64,000 nt of DNA. It comes from Minisyncoccota bacterium. GTDB taxonomy: Bacteria > Patescibacteriota > Minisyncoccia > Phycocordibacterales > CAIJYI01. The notes below the pieces were generated by a model that was not told the origin of the DNA, searched no databases, and saw only the letters and a list, made by a program, of their open reading frames with translations. Shown in pieces: positions 30,191-40,376 of the stretch (positions are counted from its first letter, which is position 1; each line of letters starts with the position of its first letter). Where the stretch lies: the NCBI GenBank assembly GCA_023229825.1, contig JALNYN010000005.1, positions 1,933 through 65,932 of the forward strand, given 5' to 3'. The translations under genes and the position numbers were made by a program.

Positions 30191-30886
30191 ATGCACACCG
30201 CAGATTGGAAAAAATATTTATATGTATTGCTGATCACCGTCGCGATCTTTCTGACGGCTTTTTTTGTGAGCAATACGCTCAGTAATAAAAAGATCGAAGA
30301 TATCCAAACGGCGCAGAACCGCGTCTCCATCGACATCCTTTCTTCTGAAACGCAGTTCGATCTTTTATCCGAATCTTCATGCGAGACCGTCGGAGATACT
30401 TCTTTGTCAAAAGACCTTGATTCTTTGGGGGCGAAACTTTCCTATGCGGAAGTGAATTTAAATGACACCAATACGGAGGACGTCTTGTGGCTCAAAAAAA
30501 ATTACACGCTGCTTGAGATCAAAGATTATATTCTCATGAGAAGGCTTTCCTCAAGCTGCGAGGAGAAACCCGTGTTTATTCTCTATTTCTATTCCAACGC
30601 TAAAGGAGCTTGTCCGGATTGCCAGAAAGAAGGAGCCGTCCTGACCGAACTCCGAAAAAAATATCCCGGACTTCGCGTGTACTCCTTTGATTATGATCTC
30701 GATCTTGCCGCTTTGAAGACGCTGGTATCGCTTTACGACATTCAGCCCAATTTGCCGGCGCTCGTAATTCATAAACAGGTGGGTTATGGATTCAAGACTA
30801 TCGAGGAAGTGGAAACTATGATGCCGGAACTGGCGACCCTGACCGGAACTACGACCGTGGCAACATCAACTCCGGAGAAGAAATAA
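30191..30886 (+). CDS. Membrane-anchored protein with thioredoxin-like CxxC domain
   Basis: N-terminal TM; ILYFYS..CPDC..G.VL..L, YSFD, P.LVI. Confidence 0.7.
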   Translation: MHTADWKKYLYVLLITVAIFLTAFFVSNTLSNKKIEDIQTAQNRVSIDILSSETQFDLLSESSCETVGDTSLSKDLDSLGAKLSYAEVNLNDTNTEDVLWLKKNYTLLEIKDYILMRRLSSSCEEKPVFILYFYSNAKGACPDCQKEGAVLTELRKKYPGLRVYSFDYDLDLAALKTLVSLYDIQPNLPALVIHKQVGYGFKTIEEVETMMPELATLTGTTTVATSTPEKK

Positions 30887-31003
30887 AGATACCAATATAC
30901 GAATGAATACGAATATAACGCCGCCAAAAAACATCACCAAAAAATAGACATTTACACAGTAAATTGTTACAGTTAATTTCGGATAAAGGTACCTAGGGAG
31001 GAA

Positions 31004-31186
31004 ATGATGGCTGGAAATAAAAAAGACCATATCGTGAATGCGGTATTGTTTGCGTGCACTATCGGACTCTGTATTATTTTGTATTTTGCTCCGCAAGAAG
31101 ATGAATTTTTGCAATTTATCGCCAAGTCCGGCTTCGGGATCGCGGTCTCACTTTTGCTGATAAACGTTATTACCGATCGCCTTTGA
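31004..31186 (+). CDS. Small 2-TM membrane protein (mini-cassette 1)
   Basis: GGAGG SD, own promoter from 30945 and terminator at 31197-31229. Confidence 0.6.
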   Translation: MMAGNKKDHIVNAVLFACTIGLCIILYFAPQEDEFLQFIAKSGFGIAVSLLLINVITDRL

Positions 31187-31320
31187 TCAGGAAATCAATC
31201 TCCGCCGGTTCGTTCGACGGAGATTTTTTGTGACGGACGATGTCGAAATTGACATTATGGCAACAATTTGTTATTGTCAACTTCGGACAAAGTTGTTGTT
31301 CCAAAAATCGAGGAGAAGAA

Positions 31321-31488
31321 ATGTTAATCCTAAAACGTCTTGCCGGTCTGCTGATTATTATTTCCGTTATTGTTGCAATGGTCGCCACGGTAGATATCGA
31401 TGATAGTTTATATAAAATTTCTCTGGTGGTTAATTTTGGGTTAACTAGTTATATCGGCTGGGCTTTATTATTGGGATGGATAAAATAA
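31321..31488 (+). CDS. Small 2-TM membrane protein (mini-cassette 2)
   Basis: GAGGAG SD, TTGACA at 31249, terminator at 31497-31530. Confidence 0.6.
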   Translation: MLILKRLAGLLIIISVIVAMVATVDIDDSLYKISLVVNFGLTSYIGWALLLGWIK

Positions 31489-31562
31489 TATGCATTAACG
31501 CTGTCGGCATAGTCCGACAGCGTTTTTTTTGTATCATTGTACGAAAATGATATACTATACTG

Positions 31563-33212
31563 GTGGAAAATCTTGAGCAAAAACGACGAGTTTTGAAACG
31601 ACTGCGCGAATGGAGAGATGCGGAGGCTAAACGCATGGGCCTTGATTTTTTTCGCGTGCTTTCCAACGATGCGGTAAATGGCATCGCGGAAACTTTGCCG
31701 ACGACGAAAGAAGCGCTTTTGGAAGTGAAAGGGATCGCCGAGAAAAAATGGCAGACGTACGGGAGGGATATTCTTGCCATTGTGGCGGAAGAAACGACGC
31801 AAGGACTTTTTGCGACGGATGCCGTCGCCGGACGGGGGTTGTACCCCCGTTCGAAACGTTTGGATGAAAGCACGGAAGAAACAATAACCAAAACATCCGA
31901 ACAGGGGTACAACCCCAGTCCGGCGGACGGAAATTATGACGAAACTGAAAACGATGGCTCCCGCGATGGCTATCGACAATCCGGCGAAAAGGTCTTTACT
32001 GTTGCCGACTACTTGGAAATTCTTAATACCGGACTCCGGCAGTTTGAAGCGAAAGTCATTGGCGAGATCACCAGTTTGGATATTCGCGACAAATATATTT
32101 TTTTCAGCATCAAAGATAAAAAGGACAACGCGATGATGTCGTGTTTCATGTGGGGCTCGTCGTATAAAATGAGCGGAATTTTACTGGAAGAAGGAATGGA
32201 AGTGGCGGTGCATGGTTTTCCCGAAATGTACAAGCCGAGCGGACGCATGACGTTCCGCGCCGACAGCGTGGAATTGGTAGGCGAAGGCGCGCTTAAAAAA
32301 GCATACGATGAACTGAAAAAGAAACTTGAAAAGGAAGGGCTGTTTTTGGAGAGCAGAAAAAAACCGATCCCCGAATATCCTCAAAATATCGGGCTGATAA
32401 CATCAGAAACCGGCGCGGTCATTCACGACTTTTTGAATAACATCGGAAAATTCGGTTTCAAAATATCATTCCGCGATTCGCGCGTGGAAGGCGCGCTGGC
32501 GGTGAAAGAATTGGTGAGTGCTGTGAAATATTTTAAAAAACAAAAATCTATTGATGTATTAGTTTTGATCCGCGGAGGCGGTTCGCTCGAATCCTTGCAG
32601 GCGTTCAACAATGAAGCGCTGGTGCGCGAAATTGCCGATTGCCCGTTTCCCGTGCTGGTCGGCATCGGACACGACAAAGATGTGCCGCTCGTTTCGCTTG
32701 TTGCAGACAGAGCCGGCTCAACACCGACGGCCGTCGCCAAACTGCTTAATTCGACGTGGGAGCAAGCGCTGGCGAAGGTACGGCTTCACGAACAAAAAAT
32801 TTTGAATCGTTTTTCAGAAGCATTATATGAGAAAAAAGATAATTTGCGCGATCGTTCGGAACACATCGAAAAAAAATTCCGCATGATCTTTGAGAGATTT
32901 CGAAACGCGGAAGAAAAAATAAAAAGAAATTTCGTCGCTATCGGAAGCGCCATGGCGCGTGCAAAAGAACGGCTCGATCACTCGCAGAAAACATTAAAAG
33001 AAAAATTAACTGATGACATTCGGCGCTCTAAAGAAAAGATCATATACATCGAAAAAATGCTTGTCGCGAATAACCCCATGCGCCAGCTGAAACTCGGATA
33101 TTCGCTCGCTCTTTCAAAAGGCAAGGTGGTAAGAAAGATAGAAGATGTTGCGAGCGGCGATGAAGTTGATATCAGGGTAGAAAATGGGACGATTAAAACA
33201 AAAGTGGAATAA
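31563..33212 (+). CDS. xseA: Exodeoxyribonuclease VII large subunit with N-terminal HRDC domain
   Basis: LREWR..A.....F.VLSN..IAE.LP..LL.VKGI..K...YG (HRDC); GEI, GLITSETGAVIHD, RGGGS, IGH, TPTA. Confidence 0.92.
   Translation: MENLEQKRRVLKRLREWRDAEAKRMGLDFFRVLSNDAVNGIAETLPTTKEALLEVKGIAEKKWQTYGRDILAIVAEETTQGLFATDAVAGRGLYPRSKRLDESTEETITKTSEQGYNPSPADGNYDETENDGSRDGYRQSGEKVFTVADYLEILNTGLRQFEAKVIGEITSLDIRDKYIFFSIKDKKDNAMMSCFMWGSSYKMSGILLEEGMEVAVHGFPEMYKPSGRMTFRADSVELVGEGALKKAYDELKKKLEKEGLFLESRKKPIPEYPQNIGLITSETGAVIHDFLNNIGKFGFKISFRDSRVEGALAVKELVSAVKYFKKQKSIDVLVLIRGGGSLESLQAFNNEALVREIADCPFPVLVGIGHDKDVPLVSLVADRAGSTPTAVAKLLNSTWEQALAKVRLHEQKILNRFSEALYEKKDNLRDRSEHIEKKFRMIFERFRNAEEKIKRNFVAIGSAMARAKERLDHSQKTLKEKLTDDIRRSKEKIIYIEKMLVANNPMRQLKLGYSLALSKGKVVRKIEDVASGDEVDIRVENGTIKTKVE
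31822..31930. repeat. Family B element inserted in-frame in the HRDC-XseA linker
   Basis: ccgtcgccggacgggggttgtacccccgttcgaaacgtttg...ggggtacaaccccagtccggcggacgg. Confidence 0.85.
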
Positions 33213-33225
33213 AACAATCCTTCGT

Positions 33226-33330
33226 CGTCATTCCGGCCCACGAGCCGGAATCCACGTCCGTCGAAAACGTGGATCCCGGGTCCATCCTTCGCAAAGGCTT
33301 CGGCATGGCGCAGCGTTGCCCGGGATGACG
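33226..33330. repeat. Family A paired element with nested CTTCGCAAAGGCTTCGG unit
   Basis: Between xseA and xseB; right hairpin loop expanded by catccttcgcaaaggcttcggcatggcgcagcg. Confidence 0.85.
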
Positions 33331-33358
33331 GACAGGGTGTTAGCTAAATAGTAAATAT

Positions 33359-33574
33359 ATGGAAAAGAAAACAAATGGAGTAAATTTGAACGAAACTTTG
33401 AAAAAATTGGAAGCCATTTCTTCTTGGTTTGATTCTCAGCGCGAGGTCGATGTGGAGGAAGGACTGAAGAAAGTAAAAGAGGGTGCCGAACTGATCAAAG
33501 CGAGCAAGGCGCGTCTTGCAGAGATCGAGAATGAGTTTGAAGAAGTGAAGAAGGGGATGGCGGACGATGATTAA
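33359..33574 (+). CDS. xseB: Exodeoxyribonuclease VII small subunit
   Basis: 71 aa, LKKLEAI..VEEGL...KEG.ELIK....L..IE; follows xseA. Confidence 0.88.
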   Translation: MEKKTNGVNLNETLKKLEAISSWFDSQREVDVEEGLKKVKEGAELIKASKARLAEIENEFEEVKKGMADDD

Positions 33575-33726
33575 AGATTACTGATTAAAGATTTCAGAAA
33601 TATCTCCTGACGTTCTGCCATAAGTAGAAAAACCCGAGGGTGGGAGTTTATCCACGCCTTTGTTTCGTGTGGCGTAGAATTTTTTGATATACTTCAAGCA
33701 TATTCATTAATTTTTAATCGTTTTTT

Positions 33727-36700
33727 ATGTATCAAAAATTCCAAGCTAAGCCTATTCACCACAAGGTCTTTTTTCTCGTGATTGCGGCTACCGTTCTTTT
33801 AAGCTCTGTTTTTGCCGGAATTTTGTATGCACAAAAAACGCTCGCCTCCTTAAATCCCGCTCCGTCGAATTTTATTCCAAACGATCCCTTCCAAATAAAA
33901 GGAGAAACCTCCGGCATCGACAAACATTTTGCCATCACCGATAGTGAATACCTGAACATCACCCTTGATAGTACCGAAAACATCGACCTCAAACTCGTTT
34001 CGCGTCCGAAAGTGATTACCATGATGTTCGAGGCGACCACAACAGCCCAAACAACTCAAATCACTATCTCCAATTTGGCAAAAGACACCACGTACTACAA
34101 ATACGAAGACGATTATCACAATCTCACACAATTCACTACCGACTCGAACGGAAGCTACACCTTCTCCCAAGATATTTCCACCCGCCACTTTGTATTCATC
34201 CAAACCAGAAAAAGCACCAAATTCATCGCTGACAACGCCACAGGAGGAGATTGTACCACGATCGGAACATGGGAAAGCACAACCAAAACCTGTACCCTAA
34301 CGCAAGACCTGACGGAAACCATACAGATCGACAGCGACGGCATCACACTCGACGGGAACGGACATAGCATATTGATCACTCCTGAGTATTCATCTGGCGG
34401 GGTGTATCTCTATGACAAAACGGGGGTTACCGTAAAGAACGTTACCATAAACGGATCACATAGCGGGGTTAGTATTAGCGGGGGAAGCAACAACCGCGTC
34501 GAAAATAGTACTTTTGTGGGTAACACCGGCGGTATTGGTATCAGATACGGCAACAACAATATCATTTCGAACAATACCCTCATTGGCACCGGTATTACTG
34601 TTACTTTTAGCAAAGACAATATTATTGAGTACAATACCGCTAATGATAATGATTATAACGGAATTTCTACTACGCTTTCTTCCGGAACCATTATCAGAAA
34701 CAATACTCTAAATAACAATAGGGTCAGCGGAATATATATTTATGATTCGCAGTTCAATGATCAGATCATTGATAATACTGCCCAAGAAAATGGATACCAA
34801 GATATCGTGCCATTCGGAGCAGAATCACACATACTTAAGTGCTATGATACGATAAGAGGAAATATCGGTTCGGGAGGCTATCCGATCGGATATTTCAGCA
34901 CTTCAACCACTTTAACTTCCGGCACATTCTCAGAACTCATCCTCTGCAACGCTGATCACTCCACTATACGCAACGTAAGAGTGCAAGGCTCTGCAGATAA
35001 GAAAAACGGTATTTTTTTGATAGCTCTCACGAATGATTCAAAATTCGAAAACATCAGCGTTACCAACTCGAACGGATTGCATATTTTGTTTTCCGACCGG
35101 AACGAGGTCGCCGGAGGAATGATGGATTCGAATCGGTACGGTATTACTCTGACGAATGCACATGATAACAGGATCCATGAAAACACGATCTCAAACAGCG
35201 AGACGAGCGCTCTTCGCTTTTTTGTGAAACAATCTTCCGACAATACCATTTACAACAATAATTTTATTAACAACATTTCTCTTTCTTTGGGGGATGGAAC
35301 TTCCAATATTTTTGATCTCCCAAAACCAATTGGGGGAAATTACTGGGACAGTTATCATACTACTGCACAAGGTTGCAACGATACAGATAACGATGGTTTC
35401 TGTGATGCGCCGTATGTTTTTGGAAATGGCGTGCAGGATAACATTCCGTGGACAACACAGGACGGATGGAAAAATGTTTCCGAAAAAACTTTGCAATACG
35501 GTTCCGTTTGGGAGGACGATCTCATTCAAGACCGAAGGGGAGGAGCGAACAAAACCAATTTCTTATTCAAAGTCGTGTATACCGACACGACCGCTTCAAC
35601 GCCGCACATCAGGCTTGTATTCTCCGGTCCGCAGGGAGAGATCAAACTCGGCATGGCTCCGGATACTTCCACCACAACCCCTCTCGAATATCACGACGGC
35701 AATCTCGCCAACGGCGAAGCATTTTCCCGAACCTTAACCTTCCCGAAAGGAACGTATCATTACCATTTCGAAACGGAAGACGGAACGGTAAAGCTGGAAA
35801 ACTCGGAGTATATATTTATGACCGGGTACAGCAATGTGGCGTTTATTCCCGGGTTGGAAGCTTCACGGCTCTTCAGACCCATTGTGGGAGGAGGCGCGCA
35901 GTTATGGCTTCCTGGCGCCAGTGCGCACGCAACAAAACTTTACCTCTCAAGCACAACAGGTGAAAGTTTGGATCCGTCTATTTATGTTTCAGGTGTGGTA
36001 AAAACGGCATATGGGGTAAGTATATATCAGAGTTTTCTTGATAAAATAGAGGAAATGAAAACCTCCGGCGACATAGAGCGCTTTGAAACTTTCCCTTATG
36101 ATTGGCGCAAGTATCAGCCGAACGCCGCCACTCAATTAGTGTCAACGGGACCGAACGGAGAATTTTACTCAATGATCGATCGGATCAAAGAAATGGCCGA
36201 TTCTTCACCAACGGGGAAGGTTGCTATAATCACTCATTCAAACGGCGGGCTTGTGGCAAAAGAATTGGCGGATGCGTTAAAACAACAAGGCAAAGCCAAT
36301 GATATTGAAAAGATTATCATGGTTGCCGCTCCGGAACTTGGAACTCCAAAAGCCATACTCGAAATGCTCCATGGAGCTGAACCATTCCTATTAGGCATAC
36401 CAAACAAAGAGACGACCCGCGAACTCGCCGAAAACATGAAAAGCGCATACTCGCTCTTACCGTCCCGTGAATATTTCAACCGACTTGGTACGCCTCTCCG
36501 CCCGCTTGTTGAATTCAGTACGACAACACAGGCAACTTTATCTTTCAGAAACATTTATGGAAATGATATATCGGATTACGATAATTTGCGCAAATTCTTG
36601 CGCGGTGAAAATGGAATAAGAAAAGAACCAGATCCGAGCGTAGTGAATGAGCCGAACGTACTTAAAGAGAATTTTCTTTCAGATGCGGAAGAACTTCACT

Positions 36701-37920
36701 TGAGACAGGATAATTGGACACCGCCGATCGGGGTGGAGGTCGTTCAAATAATCGGCTGGGGATTGGATACTCCGCATGGCGTGCTGTACACAAAAGCGCG
36801 CAAGCAAAAGACGGTATGCAATGCCGATCTTTCAGTTTGTACTAAAACAGACGTCATTGATCCGCAGCCGCTTAAGACTACTATAGAGGGTGATGGTACG
36901 GTGCAGTATGTTTCTGCTGAGGCGATGGGAGGGGAGAAATACTGGGTGGATATGACCCAACATAATGCATGGTGGCAGTATAATATAAACCGCGACCACA
37001 AAAATATTCTTGAAATCGGTTCACTTCAAACACTACTCGCTACTCTAATAAAGAACCAATCAACAAGTACTTTTCCTGAATATATAACAAATGTAAAACC
37101 GATTCCGCCAACAGTCGACAAACGCCTCCGCATCAGTGCACACTCTCCCGTTTCGCTCCATCTCTACGATTCATTCGGAAAACATACGGGAATTATCCCG
37201 AACCCTGATCTGCAATCTGATTTTGATTTTGTCGAGGAACAAATTCTCAACAGCTACTATTGGCGAATTGGAGAAGGACAGTATACCGGAGTAGGAGCTG
37301 AAGCGACCACGACTATCGTATTGAAAGGAAAAGAAACTGGAACATTCACTCTTGAAATTCAAGAAGTTGTCGGCGGAGAAAACGCTGAAAAAACATTTTT
37401 CCAAAATATCCCCACCACGGCAAGTACCACCGCGACCGTGCAGGTTGGAGAAAATGTGATATCACTGCTCGCTGTTGACCTCGATGGCAACGGAACGATA
37501 GATGCTGAATTTTCGGCAAATGACAATGGAATGATAAGCGATCCCCTCGCATATCTTTCACTTATGAAGAAAACCGTTTCTTCTTTCTCCCTCAAAAAAC
37601 AAACCGAAAAACAGATTTTAACAGACCTTTCTCTGATCGAAAAAACTCTGGAGAACTTTATCAAACTGGACGACAAAACGAAGAAAATTTATGAAAAGCT
37701 CGATTCTAAAATTCGAAACGAAAAATTGAGAGAAAAGTGGAAAGAGTGGAGGGACAAGCATCTTATTCAAAGGAATACGCTTGAAGATAAAATATTGTTC
37801 AATCTGGTAGAGAATGCGGAGAAAAATGTTATTCGACTGAGAAAACAGAAAGAAATATCCATAGACCAAGCGGATATATTATTTACTATGCTTGAGGAGT
37901 TAAAAAGTTTAATTAAATGA
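33727..37920 (+). CDS. Large exported protein: NosD/CASH beta-helix repeats + LCAT-like alpha/beta-hydrolase (lipase/phospholipase) + C-terminal domains
   Basis: N-terminal TM/signal; Asn-rich parallel beta-helix, GGNYW..DGFCDAPY; FIPGLEAS, PYDWR, THSNGG nucleophile elbow, GDGTV, RDH. Confidence 0.8.
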   Translation: MYQKFQAKPIHHKVFFLVIAATVLLSSVFAGILYAQKTLASLNPAPSNFIPNDPFQIKGETSGIDKHFAITDSEYLNITLDSTENIDLKLVSRPKVITMMFEATTTAQTTQITISNLAKDTTYYKYEDDYHNLTQFTTDSNGSYTFSQDISTRHFVFIQTRKSTKFIADNATGGDCTTIGTWESTTKTCTLTQDLTETIQIDSDGITLDGNGHSILITPEYSSGGVYLYDKTGVTVKNVTINGSHSGVSISGGSNNRVENSTFVGNTGGIGIRYGNNNIISNNTLIGTGITVTFSKDNIIEYNTANDNDYNGISTTLSSGTIIRNNTLNNNRVSGIYIYDSQFNDQIIDNTAQENGYQDIVPFGAESHILKCYDTIRGNIGSGGYPIGYFSTSTTLTSGTFSELILCNADHSTIRNVRVQGSADKKNGIFLIALTNDSKFENISVTNSNGLHILFSDRNEVAGGMMDSNRYGITLTNAHDNRIHENTISNSETSALRFFVKQSSDNTIYNNNFINNISLSLGDGTSNIFDLPKPIGGNYWDSYHTTAQGCNDTDNDGFCDAPYVFGNGVQDNIPWTTQDGWKNVSEKTLQYGSVWEDDLIQDRRGGANKTNFLFKVVYTDTTASTPHIRLVFSGPQGEIKLGMAPDTSTTTPLEYHDGNLANGEAFSRTLTFPKGTYHYHFETEDGTVKLENSEYIFMTGYSNVAFIPGLEASRLFRPIVGGGAQLWLPGASAHATKLYLSSTTGESLDPSIYVSGVVKTAYGVSIYQSFLDKIEEMKTSGDIERFETFPYDWRKYQPNAATQLVSTGPNGEFYSMIDRIKEMADSSPTGKVAIITHSNGGLVAKELADALKQQGKANDIEKIIMVAAPELGTPKAILEMLHGAEPFLLGIPNKETTRELAENMKSAYSLLPSREYFNRLGTPLRPLVEFSTTTQATLSFRNIYGNDISDYDNLRKFLRGENGIRKEPDPSVVNEPNVLKENFLSDAEELHLRQDNWTPPIGVEVVQIIGWGLDTPHGVLYTKARKQKTVCNADLSVCTKTDVIDPQPLKTTIEGDGTVQYVSAEAMGGEKYWVDMTQHNAWWQYNINRDHKNILEIGSLQTLLATLIKNQSTSTFPEYITNVKPIPPTVDKRLRISAHSPVSLHLYDSFGKHTGIIPNPDLQSDFDFVEEQILNSYYWRIGEGQYTGVGAEATTTIVLKGKETGTFTLEIQEVVGGENAEKTFFQNIPTTASTTATVQVGENVISLLAVDLDGNGTIDAEFSANDNGMISDPLAYLSLMKKTVSSFSLKKQTEKQILTDLSLIEKTLENFIKLDDKTKKIYEKLDSKIRNEKLREKWKEWRDKHLIQRNTLEDKILFNLVENAEKNVIRLRKQKEISIDQADILFTMLEELKSLIK

Positions 37921-38384
37921 ACATGAAACAAAATAATAAACTATATAAATACATTACTTTCGTCATATCTTTATTTTTCGTAGTCATTTTATGTGGGTTG
38001 CTGTTTTATTCTTATACCAAGTCCTCCTGTTCTTATTATTTGAAGGGGACATATCAAATAGATTCAAATTGTTATGATATTCGTGAGTATTATAATCACT
38101 TTAACCAAATTGTAGTTGCATTATTAATGAGTTTTTCTTCCCTATTTCTGATTTCAATTTTCCTCCTCTTCGTCCGCCGCGAAGCATTCATCGCATGGTC
38201 AAAATTCGCAGCCGTGGCGTTTCCCATCATGCTGGGCACCCTGTTGTATACTTTCACTCACGAAAGCGACGGTGCGGCATGGATGAGCGGTCCGTCCAAT
38301 GCTCAAATAGCGATGACGATTTTACCGTTTCTGTTTACTGTCATTTCGTTAGCGATTATAGCCGTCAAACAAACGGAAAAATAA
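37917..38384 (+). CDS. 4-TM membrane protein, immunity-like paralog A
   Basis: Overlaps lipase stop (ATGA); Cys pair in loop 1, EAFIAWSKFA, IIAVK shared with 39741 and 40377 genes. Confidence 0.75.
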   Translation: MNMKQNNKLYKYITFVISLFFVVILCGLLFYSYTKSSCSYYLKGTYQIDSNCYDIREYYNHFNQIVVALLMSFSSLFLISIFLLFVRREAFIAWSKFAAVAFPIMLGTLLYTFTHESDGAAWMSGPSNAQIAMTILPFLFTVISLAIIAVKQTEK

Positions 38385-38393
38385 AGAAATTAC

Positions 38394-38546
38394 TTAACCA
38401 ATGCAACCGACGTCAACATTACAAAAAATATCCCACCGAAAATTTCAGACAAACGGCACCCGGTTTTTTCCGCGCGACACTTTCATATGCAAAAAGAAAC
38501 GTTACAACACGCGTTTATCAAAACAATGGTGCCTGTCCCCATTTTC
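38394..38546 (+). repeat. About 150-bp direct repeat R1 ending in AATGGTGCCTGTCCCCATT (38525-38543)
   Basis: Aligns with 40181-40333 and 40835-40986. Confidence 0.92.
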
Positions 38547-39674
38547 CACAACTGGATCCCGCCGAAAAGCGTGCGCGTGGTGCAGATCGCCGGATGGGGA
38601 ATACCTGATACCATTCGCGGACTCGAATACAAAGGGAATTTTCACGAACGATGTACCAGCGCGGGGATGAACAGTTTTTGTCACGACGAAGGAACGTTTG
38701 ATTATGCTCCTCTCTTTACGTTCGACGGCGATGGAACAGTGGTTTTTCCGAGTCAGATCGGAATGGCAACGGCGACGGAGATGTATTTTGTGGATTTAAA
38801 TGGGTATAATAATTCGCTCGGTAACTCAACAATAAATTTTCGAAAGGATAGAACGCATGCTTCGGTACTAGAAGTGGGTGATCTGAGAGATTTATTGAAA
38901 AGCATAATTTCAGAAGAAATAAATCCAGCGAATGGTTTGAATTACATTAAAACCAGCATTACTCAGTTAAACACGGGAAGCCTTAAAAAACTCATCCGCC
39001 TTTCCCTTCGTTCCCCCGTAAAAATCGACGTCTTTGACCAGCAAGGAAGCCATATCGGAATTTCCTCAAGCTCAACGCCAAGTTATACACTCTACGATAC
39101 TCAAATGCCGAACTCATATTATTTAGAAATGGGAGAGGGAAAGTATCTCGGTTTTTCGCTTGATTCGACGAAGACGATAAAACTTCAAGGTATAGGAACG
39201 GGAACTTTCACTTTATCATTCGATCAATATCAAGGAGATACCAAGGAAGCGTCTCAAACTTTTACTGATATTCCGGTAAGTACAACGACCAAAGCGACGC
39301 TTTTGATGAGTACTATAAATGATGCTAAGGAACTTTCTCTTGATAATGATGGAAATGGAACAATTGACACGATTGTCTTCACTGACGAAAACAAAGAGAC
39401 GATAACCTTTCAAACTCTGAAAAATGAAATTCTAAAACTTGATTCAAAAGTACGACCTTCTTTGGTCAATCAAGTTTCAACTGCGGAGAAACAATTTGCC
39501 AAAAAGAATTATACCACAACAAAAGCGCTGTTTATTGTTCTTAAAAAAGAAATCAACCTCCTTTCGCAAAAAAAGATAGGGAATAAATGGCAGATTGAGA
39601 AAATTCAGGCATTAAAAATCTTGGCAGTAATTGACGTACTTATCGCTCAAATGGATGAGTTTGTTCATCGCTGA
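38487..39674 (+). pseudogene. Orphan 5'-truncated paralog of the C-terminal part of the 33727 lipase (ORF started from an ATG inside repeat R1)
   Basis: HNWIPPKSVRVVQIAGWG ~ DNWTPPIGVEVVQIIGWG; GDGTV, SPV, NSYY, GTFTL, DGNGTID shared; lacks the HSNGG serine. Confidence 0.8.
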
Positions 39675-39740
39675 GAAAATGAGCCAAAGAGATGGAAAAA
39701 ATAAAGGAGAAGATGAAAAAATCAATAACTAACTATTTTT

Positions 39741-40166
39741 ATGCAATACAAAAAACAAGTTTTAGGATTATTTATAACAACTACGACAATTTTTGCGCTC
39801 ATAGTTGCTTTAGGTGAATTATTTGACTCCCAATGCAACTCGGCAGTCGGTTTTTTTGATGATCTATGTCATAATTCGAGCAATATCCAATTATTCACAC
39901 AACCTATTGCGTTGCTCTCTCTCTCTCTTATTATTATCCTTCCCCCCCTCTACTTCTTCCGCGGAGAAATCTATCTCGCATGGCGCAAATTCACTCTCTG
40001 GTATCTTCCAATTGTTGCCATTCTCCTCATTATTGCTCGCCCCTCTGGCGGCGGTATGAGCTTTGGTTTTGACCGCGAATCTCTCTCTTTTCATTTTTCC
40101 GCATATTTCGTTATCGTTTCGCTGGTTATCATTGCAGTAAAATCATGGAAATTAAGAGGGAAGTAA
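39741..40166 (+). CDS. 4-TM membrane protein, immunity-like paralog B
   Basis: Cys pair, EIYLAWRKF, FDRE, IIAVKSWKLRGK. Confidence 0.78.
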   Translation: MQYKKQVLGLFITTTTIFALIVALGELFDSQCNSAVGFFDDLCHNSSNIQLFTQPIALLSLSLIIILPPLYFFRGEIYLAWRKFTLWYLPIVAILLIIARPSGGGMSFGFDRESLSFHFSAYFVIVSLVIIAVKSWKLRGK

Positions 40167-40180
40167 AACGTGAGAAAATT

Positions 40181-40333
40181 TTAACCAATGCAACCGACAG
40201 TAACATTACAAAAAACATCCAACAGAAAATTTCAGACAAACGGCGTCCGATTTTTTCCGCGCGACACTTTTATATGCAAAAAGAAACGTTACAACACGCG
40301 TTTATCAAAACAATGGTGCCTGTCCCCATTTTC
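40181..40333 (+). repeat. Direct repeat R2 ending in AATGGTGCCTGTCCCCATT (40312-40330)
   Basis: Last about 60 nt identical to R1. Confidence 0.92.
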
Positions 40334-40376
40334 GCTTTGTTTGAAAGATTAAAAGAGATAATTATGAAATAAACTT

